Origin: Girardia tigrina
Taxonomy: Eukaryota
Reading direction: 5' to 3'
DNA length: 64,000 nucleotides
Assembly (NCBI GenBank): GCA_001938485.1
Contig: MQRK01214219.1
Coordinates: 3,698 to 67,697 of the forward strand
Made by a program: the position numbers and the translations under genes
Notes under the pieces: model-generated
The model's database searches: none
Told to the model about the DNA's origin: nothing
The model's input: the letters and a program-made list of their open reading frames with translations, nothing else
Shown: piece by piece, positions 38,151 to 50,899 of the stretch
Numbering within the stretch: position 1 is the first letter of the stretch
Layout of the letters: every line of letters begins with the position of its first letter

Positions 38151-39946
38151 CTATACAAGTTTTAAATGATTTGCAGCAAAGCCACACGTATTAGTAGTAG
38201 CAGTAACAAGATTAAATAAATGACGAATCGTAATTTTAATTGCGAGACGGCCTTTTATTTACAACCGAGAGAATTTGAACATGTTTTTAATGTTTTCTAA
38301 CAATTATAATTATTATAATTAAATGCTTAAATTCAAACTTGATTAATTGATCATAATGTCAAGTAAAAATTGTAACATTGTTACGCTGTAATTATTTCCC
38401 TGTTTTTTGTTTTTTAAGGAGTTAGGTTCTAAAAACTACCTTTAAAATTGTGTATCGCAATTCGGAATCAGATTTCTAATGTAATCCTTTACATCAGCTG
38501 ATTCTCTGTATTTGATGTGGATTAGGTATTATCTTTAAAATATTTTAAACAAATCTTACTATATAATTACTCAATTTAATTTAATAAACTGATAAATTAA
38601 AGCCAACTATGCACAAATAAATTAACATTCCACTAATCTTAAATGCAAAACACTTGCAAAAAAATGATGGAAATAGAACACCAGATCGCCAAAATAAGTT
38701 TCGTAGAAACAAAATGTAAATTGTCATTATTTAAACTGATTTAGTTTAACTGGCATTATAATCAGTTTTAAATTTTTATTTTATGTCATATGGGAATTAA
38801 ATCTTTTTCTCATATTTGAGAATAACTGCTTTAGATTCTGATATAAATTGACCATTGTTAAGATTCGAAAGTAATGAACAAACTGAAATTTCAAATAAAA
38901 AATAATAAAATTGACTCTGCCACAAATAACTTAAATTATCTAACAATATTACTGATGTCTCTAAACGCTTTTTAAAATTTCATTCTTAGTTTAATTTCGA
39001 AATATCGAACTTTTTTTCTGTTTTTAGGACAAAAATATTTTAAAATGGTTTTAAGCTTTTTTGATCTAATATTAATTTATAAAAAAAGAATTAAATAAAA
39101 ATGTTTGTATCTGTTTTTCTGTACATAATGCTTCATCGAATACTATATAATCAATATTACAGTCTGTATGTTTTTTATCTTTCCCTGAAAAAATATGTTT
39201 CTCGCGATTTAATTTCAGTGGATCTTATGAGAAGTGGTTGCAACCTCAATATCAGGATTCATTTTTTTAACACCAAAATTTTATTTAAAATTGTTTCATA
39301 ATTTCTATTAAAATATATAAATTGTTATGACTGTAAAAATAGTTTTTATTTATAAAATAAATATTTAATATTTAATGGTTTTCTTAACATTTTTAATTTT
39401 AAGATATTTAATAGACACATTAAAAAGATATTTTTTTATTTTTAAATAGATATTTAATTTTTTAAGATTTTCTTTTATTTTTAATTATTTTTAATTTTTG
39501 AAATATTTTTAAAAAACACATTAAAAACATATTTTATTTTTTAAGTACGTATTTGATTTTTTAATAGTTGTTTTATTATATCCTTTTTTTAATTTTTTAA
39601 AACATTTAATACGCATTTTAACATTAAAATATTTTACCTTTAAATTAAAAAAAATAATAAATTATTCTGGCGAGATGGAAATTTAAATTAACCCCTCATA
39701 GATCTGTTGCATGGAAAAGTTTTAAATCAAAACCTATCTTTATCGAAGTAGATCATCGATAAAAGCGAAGCAATAAATGTTTTGCATTTTCCAAAATTTC
39801 AAAATTCAATATTACTCCTCCAATGTCTCATTTGAAAAATAGAAATTTAATCCTGAATCATTTCAAGTTTATAATCATATTAATATAAACAGTTTGAAAA
39901 ATCGATTTTTTTTTCAAAAATATGTTTAAACAAAATTCGAAATAAA

Positions 39947-40081
39947 GGTATCCGGACTGTTCATCCCCGGACTGTTCATCCTGGAATTTTCATCCCCGGA
40001 CGTTTCATCTAAGCGGACGGTTCATCCACGGACTGTTCATCCCGGGGATGAAACGTTAGATGAAACGTCCGGGGATGAACC

Positions 40082-40113
<32 letters not shown>

Positions 40114-42429
40114 ATGGACATTTTCCTCTTTGCAAACATTTTCCTCATCCTGGACTATTCATCCAAACAATAATAGAAAATGGAAATAATTTTTTTTTAA
40201 AATAATTGGATGTTAAATTATTAAAATAAAACATGTTAAAATGAATTAAATGTATATCTAGAACTACTAGTTCTTTAGTTATTTAAAAAGTGTTAATTGT
40301 GGGATAAATGTGCAATTGCTTTCAGATACATAAGGACATCCGCTCTTCCGTAACCGGCTATAGCACGTCTGACTCTGTCCACTAAGTCTCGATATTTCTT
40401 GACACCTATTTCCTGGATTCCTGTAGCCCCTTGCATGAATGCTGCCTTATGTTTGTGACAATCCTTCTCCAACCCTTCGATGAGCAACCACATTGAAGGA
40501 TGACTGCACATGAATAAGGATTGAATTCCATGATGCCACCCTTCGACGATGTTTGTGGTCCGTGCGATTCCGTCACCGGCAGAGTCGTATTGATTCCACA
40601 TAGGGATTGGAAACGTCGCTGAGCCAAAATTGTTGCCTCTGCCTCGAAGTCTTCTACCTCTAATATAGGTGTATTCAAAGTAAGATAGAAGCTCATTCAT
40701 TTTATCATGTTCTGGCATATGTTCAGTTAGCAAGTCGAATGACTCAGCAACATCATCAACCGGTACATGAGCTAGTGCTGATAAACACCGAACACATCCA
40801 CGCAGTTCGTCGTCATTTTCGTAATCAGGCTTCATTCCCAGTTCGTTGACCTTGCGTATAACACTCTGGCTGAGATGAAAATAGCAACCTGTTACCGATG
40901 CTTCTGGATATCCATGATTGAATGCTCCCATAGCCGCTTGTTCAAAATCGGTCAGNNNNNNNNNNNNNNNNNNNNNNNNNNNNNNNNNNNNNNNNNNNNN
41001 NNNNNNNNGATCGTAAGTTCCTCGAGTCTTGTTAGTTAGCAGGCAATATACTGCAGCTGGGTTGACCCCGTTGACGAACTGAAAATGGATGCTGTATAGT
41101 TGAAAATAGATGGATGGCACTACCTTGAAAGTGCTATCAGCCAGCCAGACATCAGATCTGGCAAGACCATCCAGAAGTGTCCTATCACCAAAGATGAGAA
41201 GTCGATCTGCGCTTGGACCAGAATCGAATAATAGTAGATTGATGAATCTGCATGGAAATTCAAAGCTGAGATCAGTTGGTAGCAATGGCAAGGTCTGACG
41301 GTTATCATTTTTTGACAAAGCTGCTTGACGATGACGACGGAGAACCCGGTGTAGAGAAGTTTTCTTCGGCAAGGCCATCAACACATGTGGGGCCAGATCA
41401 GCCATAACCGCACCACACGACGAACTTGGTGTTGCTACGGTTTCTATCATTTTTTCCTTCATCTTGCCGATGGCTTTCCGTGCGAGTGCTAAAGCGACAT
41501 TACCGCTGTGAGTGTGATCCGGTGATTGATCTCCGATGATAACGTTGTCTCCGTTTGTGAAAAGTCACGCGTTGCAGTTGAAAACCTGGTGCTTGCAACA
41601 ACGCCATTCTGTTTTTCCTTGTTCGTTACAACGTTTTCTCCAGTATTCATAGTTGAGATGTATCAGCATCCGCTTTCCACGTTTTGAAAGTCCAAAATTT
41701 GTTGTCGGCATTGAAGACTCCAAAGTTTTTTAAAGAAGTTTGTTGGGTTCTTGATGAATATTAACAATTATTCAAACAATTTTTGTTGTAATAAAAATTG
41801 TTTTTCTTTTAATAAAAATTTTTAGAGGAACTTTTCTAAAGTTTTTATTATTATTATTACAAATTTTATTATTATTACGATGCATTAATGATAAAAGTCT
41901 TAATTAAATTTTTTTACACTTCTATTTAGAATAATTACAACCTATTTTCTCCTTCTATTATATATNNNNNNNNNNNNNNNNNNNNNTAAAATTCATTATT
42001 TCCCAATTAATTTCATTTAAGTTTTTTTTACTCTTCAAATAAAATTTGATTATTCTCGAAACTAACTTTTTAAAATTAATTACGATATATTTTTAAATTA
42101 TAAATAATTAGACAACTTTTGATTTGAAATATTTACTTATTTCAAATATTATCTATAAAAATTATTTATTCAAAAATTTGATGGGATGAGCTATTCACAT
42201 AAGTCCCTCACAATAAAATTTTCAAACTCACGCTTCACTGATGCCAAGTCGCTTTGTCGGATTAGTCATATAGGCCAGGCCAAATTATGATTATATTATT
42301 AAGTTTAAGTTAATCAATTGGATGAATAGTCCGGGATGAACAGTCCGGGGATGAACCGTCCGCTTAGATGAAACGTCCGGGGATGAACATTCCGGGATGA
42401 ACATTCCGGGGATGAACAGTCCTAGAACC
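39947..42429 (-). mobile_element. Phantom-type MULE (FLYWCH plus MULE transposase) with tandem-repeat TIRs
   Basis: TIRs built from 14-15 bp ggactgttcatcccc units; flanking duplication gaaataaa (39939-39946 and 42430-42437; 9 bp if the preceding c is included). Confidence 0.9.
40293..41711 (-). pseudogene. FLYWCH-MULE transposase, 473 codons with one premature TGA (41565-41567)
   Basis: FLYWCH: YEYW...EWRCCKHQVFNC...DHTH. MULE: LADSTFK, LTDFEQA, GCYFHLSQ, RTTNIVEGWH. One N gap inside. Confidence 0.9.
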
Positions 42430-45134
42430 GAAATAAAAACTAACATTTTTTTTAATAAGTATAATTTTATTTGTTATTTTCATTTATTTTATTCATTTGT
42501 ATAATATTTTACAGGATAATAATTTCACAACAATCCATTTTTACAATTGTTGTCTTTTTGATTAAACAAGTTATTTTATTTCCTTTATTTATATCTAACT
42601 GTCAATTTTAGGTAATAGATAGAAATCGTCAGTTATTGATTTGTATAGAAATTTTAAAATATTTTTAGCATTAAAAATCCTTAAAATATGATTGCTTAAG
42701 TATTATAAGAAGGTTAAGAGATTCCGTATAATGAATCTCCGAACTTTTTAACTCTTAAAACTTATCAAAAATAAATGGTAAGATATAAATGAATAAATAA
42801 GTAAACTGAATTAACTAAGAGAATCAATAAATTGGAATCGCAGAAGGATTAGTCTATATAATTGAAGAAATACTTTACGGATCAAATGAGGTTTGGAATC
42901 GTGAACAATAGTTACAATAAAGTACTTACAGTAGAACCAGAAGTTATCACCAGCCAATCGAATTTTGATAGTTTAGTAGGGTGGAATCAGTTAAGAGGGA
43001 TCTTCATCTATTAAAAAATATATTGGAGTGGTTTTGAGCAATTTGTGAGATTCGCAGTTCGAAAATTAATCGGAACCAATCTATTGGTTTGATTTGTCCC
43101 GACTTGTCTTAGAGACGAACAAAGAGTGTTCGTTTCGAATGATAATAATGCTCGGAAAAATTGTTTTGAGTAAAAGATATAGTTCTTTGACCAATAAATC
43201 AAACAATAAATAAAGACTTAAAATCGATAATAAATAAAGAGTAAAAAAATATTCCTTACAAACTTTAAAATTTTTTTATTGATTTCTGCTTAAGGCAATA
43301 TCGATTAAACGTTATCGCCATAGGCAAGTCATATATAAATTAATTTTAATATATAATTTTAATATATAATTAATATATTATTGCAAATAATACCTAAATA
43401 ATAAATTATAATATACATTTTAATATAAATGAATAATGTTGTGAGATATAATTAATAACTTAATAATAATTTGTAAATAAGTTAAATTAAATTAAAAATA
43501 ATAATGGTTCAAGAATATTTTTAATAAAACTCTGTATTTAGAATTTAGAATTTAAATAAATTAAAATATGTCATGAAATATGACATATTTTAAAGTTGTT
43601 TAAATAATCAAAATTATTAGGCGACAATTTATTTTTTTGATTAAATAAATTTTAAGAAGAATATTTTAGTTATTCCTAACAAATGTAATAATATAAATGG
43701 AAAATATATATAGTATATGATTGTAAATAAATAAATTAGATTAATATAAATATAAATGTAATAAAAAGGGGCCAAAACTGAGACAAAAGTGATTAAAGTA
43801 ATTACTTACCATAATCATTAAAATTTTGATATTCACAACATAAAATGGACTCATGGATTGACAAAGGATATATGTATATATTAAAATTATCCAATAATTA
43901 TAGAGGTAAATTATATGTTATTTAAATTATGTTATATTATTTATGGACAATAAAAAAATCTGTTTACTTTAGCATTATTATTTAGTTATTTTGGCAAGAA
44001 AAATAAGAAATACAATAATAACAATAATAAAGCTTTTTTAAGAAATTGATTATTGAATATGTTTTGAAGTTTCTTACTCCACCATTAACAATTATAATTT
44101 AATATTTGTTAGTTTTTATGTTAGTTTCATAAAATGTTAGTTTTCATTGAATGATTTTTTTATTTATTTTAAAAATTGAAAGGTGTGAGGAATATTTTAA
44201 ATTGTTTGAATGTGTAAATGTATAGATGTTGTATGTTGATTTAAGTCTGTTGAATTTAGAATGGTGATTCTCCCACCCAGATGGAAATTGGTATTTTTTT
44301 ATTTAAATTTAAAGTAATTGACTATTCGAACATAATTAAAATAATCATTTTATAAGTTCATACTTTTAATTTAACAATTAAAATTAAGTTTAATATATTT
44401 TAGTAAAATTTAAATTAAATGCATTTTTAATAATTTGATGACATTTTTATTATTTTGGGATTTATTGAGAAATGGTAAAAATTATTATTTTTAATTAATA
44501 TTTTTTAGAAGTTAAATATTTTAAAAAATTACTTAGAAAAAATGTTCGAATAATCGTTTAAAAATAGAAATAAGAAAACCAATTAGAACGATGACAAACG
44601 ACGAAAGACTTTCTGAGATTCATAATGACTCTAAATGTGATTTTAATAAAAATTCAAATGAGACTTGTCTAAATGTTCTTAATAAAAGGAATTGATTTTG
44701 TCAATTTTGTGCGTTTATTAATGCCTTATCAAAAAAGATTCATATATAAAATATAAAAACTTGTGCGAAGGAAAGAAAAATCGTTCACAATCAAGTCAAT
44801 CTAGTAAGGTTCTTGACATTTGCTTACATTATAAAATAGAATATCTTCTATTTCAAAGGAGTATTCTGTTTTATAGAAGGGCTTTGTATTAAAAATGACA
44901 AAAGTCATCTAAATTAACTATATAATAGAAAATTTTTTTTCAAAATCTTATTAGAACATAAATCTTGAATTGAAGATTGATAACGTTTGTAAATGAATAT
45001 CTAACGAAATAAGTTTAATAAGATATACATAGAAAGTTAATAATTAGTGATGTGGTTGAATTTTCCCTATTGATCGACGAAAAAGCGATGACCAAAAATA
45101 AGGCAAAGAAAAATTATATTGAGCAATTTATTAA

Positions 45135-46430
45135 GGTAACCAGACAATTCGACATAAGACATTTCGATACAAGACAATTCGACACAAATTAATATATATA
45201 CAATTGAATATACAGGGTTATCATAAAGTAACTAGAGTTTTAAAACCACTTTAATATTTCGTAGAAATAGTGGAAAACACAAAACAAATTGAAAAATGTA
45301 TTCAGTTATATTTCGGATTTATNNNNNNNNNNNNNNNNNNNNNNNNNNNNNNNNNNNNNNNNNNNNNNNNNNATAAATCCGAAATATAACTGAATACATT
45401 TTTCAATTTGTTTTGTGTTTTCCACTATTTCTACGAAATATTAAAGTGGTTTTAAAACTCTAGTTACTTTATGATAACCCTGTACAATTGTAAAAAGTAA
45501 AGGTTAATTTTCAACATTTTATTCATTGCAAATTAGCTAGCCAACGCAAGTATTTCAGTTTATCAACATTCGATGCATTCAAATTGTAATCTTGCACAGC
45601 CATTGCAATAGCCTCATGCAATGATACATATCTTTTCTTTACAACCTCTGAACGACCTGACAGAGCATTTGCCAAAGTCAGTCTGTGACAAGCTATATCT
45701 CTTCCAAGTCCATCAAGCAAGATCCAAATACTGGGGTGGCTGCATTGAAATATGACATTAAGAACTTTGCAGAAACCTTCGCAACAATTTGTAGTTTTTG
45801 GTGTTTGCTCACCAGCAGAATCGAAATGTTTCCAGTATATTGGAAACTGAGGTGCTCTACCAAGAGCATCCTCGATATAAATTGATAAGAAATATGTGAG
45901 AATTTCATTGTACCTATCCTCATCAGGGAATGTTGCAGCAAAAATATCAAAAACATTCCTGACATCAGTATCAAGCACAAAAACAAAGGCACAAAGTGAT
46001 TTTAGCCTAAGTTTGATGTCAATGTTGCTTTCATATTCATTCTTTAATCCAACAGTGTTGACTTTTCTGATAAGACTTTGACAGAGGTGAAAGTAACAAC
46101 TTCTAACATCTACGTCAGGAAATGTGACTTTTGCTGCATTCATGCATGCCTTTTCAAAATCAACCAAGATTTTTGTTGGTGACAACTGCGGCAATAGTTG
46201 TTTACGAATTTGAAACATCGTGTGATAAGTTTCTGTATCCTTTTTTTGCAAAAGAAAGTAAATGCAAGGTGGATATGATGTGCTTATTTGAGAATGCAAA
46301 GTATAAAGCTGATAAAACATGTTTGGTGACTTGTCAAATGTTCCATCACCATAAATGGTNTCATTGCAAAGTTTAAGTAATAGGTTTCTGTCACCAAATG
46401 CCAAAACTCTGTTAGGATCATTAGTCCGGA
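45135..46430 (-). mobile_element. Truncated MULE (transposase 46404-45523) with one subrepeat-type TIR
   Basis: YGDGTFD, LVDFEKA, CYFHLCQ and KTTNCCEGF motifs; terminus ggtaaccagacaattcgacataagacatttcgatacaagacaattcgacac. Confidence 0.85.
45213..45482. mobile_element. Tc1/mariner-type element ends (TA|CAGGG...CCCTG|TA) nested in the MULE
   Basis: 110-bp perfect inverted arms on each side of an N gap, with TA flanks. Confidence 0.75.
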
Positions 46431-49400
46431 ATCATAAAAAAACTAGTATAGAATATTTTTATATTAAATACATATTTTTCATATTAAATACATATTTTTT
46501 CATAAAAATTGATTTTTTTTATATATATAAAATATATAAAAACTGAAATCTATTTTCAAAATAATATGGTAGGCTGAATTGTACACGAATGAATTTTTAA
46601 AACATTTGTTCATATTAAATTTATATTTTATATTAAATACATATTTTTCATATTAAATACATATTTTTTCATAAAAATTGATTTTTTTCATACTAAATTG
46701 ATATTTTTTCATATTAAATACAGAAAAACTCATGAGTCTAACTAAAAATATAGTTATTTAAAATGTTACATCTTGTATAAAAAATTTGAGTAATATTTAG
46801 TTTTAAGTTCGATTATATTAATTTTCATTTCCGGATAAGCGATACATAAAAAAACATTGAATAAAAAAATTTAAATGCTATTAAAAGATCTATGTATGCT
46901 GTAGAGGGAAATTTTATCGGTAAATTTTGGCAGTACAATTACATTTCGAAGGATTTTTGTAGATCAGTATATATAAGCAGAAAATATAAACATTATTTTA
47001 ATTATAAATGGAATATAATTTTATTTCTGTACTGTTAGGAAAACTTTTTGCAGCCCAAATTTCTTCGAATTCCATAAAAAAATTTCAAAAAACAGATTAC
47101 ATTCATTGGATGCATATTTCGCGTTCTCTTTTGTATATCTTTGATTGGAAGACCCATTTAATTATTGGAAATGAAAAGGAACACTTAGTATTAAAAATCA
47201 ATTGAAAATTATAGTTGAGTACTAAAACTGCAGAATATTTAATAAAGACGAATCATTACAATAAAATCTGTAACTTCTTCATAAGAAAAATATTATACTA
47301 GAATAAATTAACAATTTTATTGAGTACTTTTATAATTACTAAATATAAATTAAAATCATGTTTTGCTGTTTACTGTACCTAATAAAAAACTCCAGGTTTT
47401 ATGTTTGAGCTTTATTGAATATATTATTAAAATTTACAATAATAAGTAAATTAGTTCTGAACTTTTACTTTACCAACTCTCTCCTAATGGCTGGAAATTA
47501 GATCAAAATTACGAGTCCCTTATTGTATAAAGTGCGAAATACACATTGATTGTTTATTTTGGAAATTTGGATTTTTCGGATATGAGGTTAAAACAATATT
47601 TATTTATTCGACCTTATTTTCGAATATTTTTAAATACTTTAGTGTTAACATTTTCAAACAATATTTCTATCTTCGAAAGTTAATCTTTGACCTATTACTG
47701 CCACCTAATTGTTGTTACTTTTATTTTAATTAATGTGTAATTAGTAATAGCTCAACTTAAGTAATTTAAATCTAAGTAATTTAAGATTTTAAAATAAATC
47801 AATACAAATGATCAAATATCATTTGTTCTACTCTACATCCTCTCGAGGCTCTCCAAATATAACAGTTAAATCTTCATTAATAATTACTTCAAGAAAATCA
47901 CATAAACCGAATTTAATTTTTTAATGAAATTGTTTGGAACATTTTCTACATCATTGAAGCTTATTTAAACCACTCCTAAAAGACCATTTTTTTCCAAATG
48001 CTACAAAAATTACTTTAAAAAATACATCGCAGGGATTGACTGCAATTGACTGGAATGATAAGTATTAAATATTAAAGCATTATTAAGGACTTTCATAAAG
48101 ATGATCCAAATTGTGAATGTAATATTTGTTGTAGCAAATGTGTGAGTTCTCTTAACAGTTTCAATAATCAACTATATTGGACGAAACATCCCTCTAACTC
48201 TCCAATTGTGTCGACACGAAACTACGAAATCGACGATCTAAACCTAGAGATCAGGAACGTTAATGTCCGGTTGATTAATCGAAATCCGTTGTGCGGCGTC
48301 TTCAGAAGTGACATAATTGCCCCTTTGAAAGTCGAGTTGGGGATCTGCTGTGTGCTTCAATCTGGGTTGGTAGGTTATCAAAGTGGTCCAAACAAACTCG
48401 TTTCTCATTCTGGAATCGTTATCTTTTCGGTATTCGTCGAGAAATGTGCAAGTTCCGACTACCGGTCGAACAGAGATGGATAAAAATCAGCCGAAACAAG
48501 TGTTGATAGTGATCTACAAATGTCAATCACCCTGATCAATGAACCAGGATTGTCTCTGTCGATATTTGGGGCGGTTGATATAATCTAGAGACAATATTGA
48601 ACCCATCAAGTAGACTGAATAACAAAAATAATACTAACATTATTGATTTATTAATATTTTACTGTGTTTGTAAATACTTGGTTAGTATCTTTTAGATAAC
48701 CTTTTTTCTTAATATTAGTTACGAATACAGGTGTCTGAAATTGTTTTGCTAGCACATACAGTACCTGAAGAAAAAGGGTTGGCTGTTCCGAAAATTGGTT
48801 ACGAAACTTTTCTGTTACAAGATTTGAATTATTATAGGTTTTTAGCTATTCATCAAGGATAAAAACTCTTTTTCTTGACATAACTTTCCCATTGCCATAA
48901 TAACTGATATTTTTAAAAATAATAATAATGTATTATTGAAATCTGAAATCTGAAATATTAAAAAATTAATTAAGGAAATATTTTGATAGATTAATGTCAG
49001 GATTCAAATAAATTTTGTGATTTATTTTTAGTTAGTTACGCCTACGAAACCTTCTAGAAGTACATGATGAATGGAATTAAATAAAGATTATGAATGTTTC
49101 TTCGCCTTTGACTGATTTATTGCATTTAAAAAATTGTTCTTTTTTTGAAACGTGCTATAGTATATCAAAAGATTATTTTTTGGAATAATTTGATCAAAAT
49201 AAACTAGGAATTATTTTTTTATTATTTTAAAACTTATTTAGAATTTGCATTATTTAATGTCTTTAAAATTAAAATTTATAGTAATAGAAATAATAAATTG
49301 TAAAATCACTTTACAAATATTACTCTATACCAATAATATTTTACATATATAATAACAAAAATAGAAAGAATTATTATGATTATATCAGACAAGAATTTCT

Positions 49401-50102
49401 GATCATTATGTATACTTTATATATATTATTGCATAAATAAATCTTTACAATTTTAAATAAAAACATTTTTTTTAAACAAGAACCATCAATCCTTAAATTC
49501 AGTTTTTTATTGTTTAACTGGAAGCGATTTCATTTTGTTTATATTCATTTTTCATAAATACTGTAGATTTCGTAAATAAGCTGCTGAAATTAATAATTAT
49601 GGGTTTAATTACTTTAATTTTGATAAAATGGGATGATAGTTCACATATAATATTGATTTTTATACTATTTTCTCCGGATGATATTGTTATTTTGATCACT
49701 AGATGAAAGTTCGTTTTTGTATATATATTTTTGTATATTCATTTTTGCCTAAATATTCATATTTTTCAAAACATATAAAGTGATGCATTAATAAGTATGA
49801 AAGATTGATTAATATTTTTGCTTCAAATTTGATTTTTGAACAATTTTACTATGAAATATTGAATTATTTATAATAAAAACTGAATATATATTGTTAAAAA
49901 TTTTTAGGTTATGTTTTTAAATTGTTTGAAATAATAATTGAATTAAAGTATCATTTTAAGTTAAAAAAATCAAGAATTAAATATAGTTTATGTTAAGCAT
50001 GAAAAAATTTCGTAAATTTAAATAAAGAAAATGAAATTATTCAATAGTCGGAAATTTAAAAAAATTTAAAATTAATTATTAATACTATATTTATTTTTAT
50101 TA

Positions 50103-50319
50103 CAGTAAAATCTCTCTATAAAGAGTTATTTTCGACCGAGAAAACTACTTCTCTATAAGAAAAGTTGCTTATAGAGAGAGAATGAATATAAATTAAATTA
50201 ATGAATAATAGAAAAAATAATGCTTTAAATCCTTTGTAATTTTCAATTTAACAAAAAATATTTTTCCTTATAGAGAATTACATCTTAAATAGAGGGAACT
50301 TTATAGAGAGGTTTTACTG
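50103..50319. mobile_element. pogo/Tc1-type MITE
   Basis: TA|cagtaaaatctctctataaag...ctttatagagaggttttactg|TA. Confidence 0.85.
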
Positions 50320-50499
50320 TATACCGATTTGAAACTTATGAAATAAATAGTTTCTAAAAATTAAAAAAAAATAAATGAATTTAATTTCGATTATATTTGC
50401 TTAAATAAAAAATTGTTTGATGTATTTACATTTTAATTTAAAAATTATATCTCAATCATTTAAAGTTGAGATTATGTTTTGAAATAAATCAAATACTCC

Positions 50500-50899
50500 T
50501 TTAGGTTTGTGTTCGGACATTGTTTATCAATACACATATAATGGGTGCAATGCCACATACATCCCAGAGACTGCCCGTCATCTCTGCAAACGAGTCCAAG
50601 AACACAGTCAAAAGGGGGGAAAGAGTAATATTGCTGAACTTGAAAAAATGTTTAATGTAATATGAGCATAAAAGATTTTAAGAATTTGTGCAACCATTTT
50701 AAAAAATTATTAGGAGAGTGTCATGGGAAGCATTGTTGATAAGATCATGTGATCCAAAAATCATATTCAAACAGCACTCTGAAGTAATTTGTTAAGAGTT
50801 TTCGACTGGACTTAAGTAAGTGATTACATAATCATTCATTTCTTATATAAAAGCAATAAAGCAGTGATCTAATGATGACGGTTAAACCGTCGAAATATA
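50500..50899 (+). mobile_element. Penelope-like 3' remnant (GIY-YIG plus hammerhead), continuing at 52534 after the mariner insertion
   Basis: CSDIVYQYTYNGCNATYIPETARHLCKRVQEH, related to 35685-35993; hammerhead-like tgat CTAATGA t gacggt-taa-accgtc GAAA ta. Confidence 0.8.

Noticed and set aside
39947-40085. Short regularly repeated units resembling a CRISPR array
   Set aside because: No unique spacers, eukaryotic context, and the units are mirrored at 42320-42429 as MULE TIR subrepeats.
45213-45482. Perfect palindrome as a special hairpin locus
   Set aside because: The arms flank an N gap and have TA|CAGGG ends. They are TIRs of a collapsed Tc1/mariner-type element of unknown true length.
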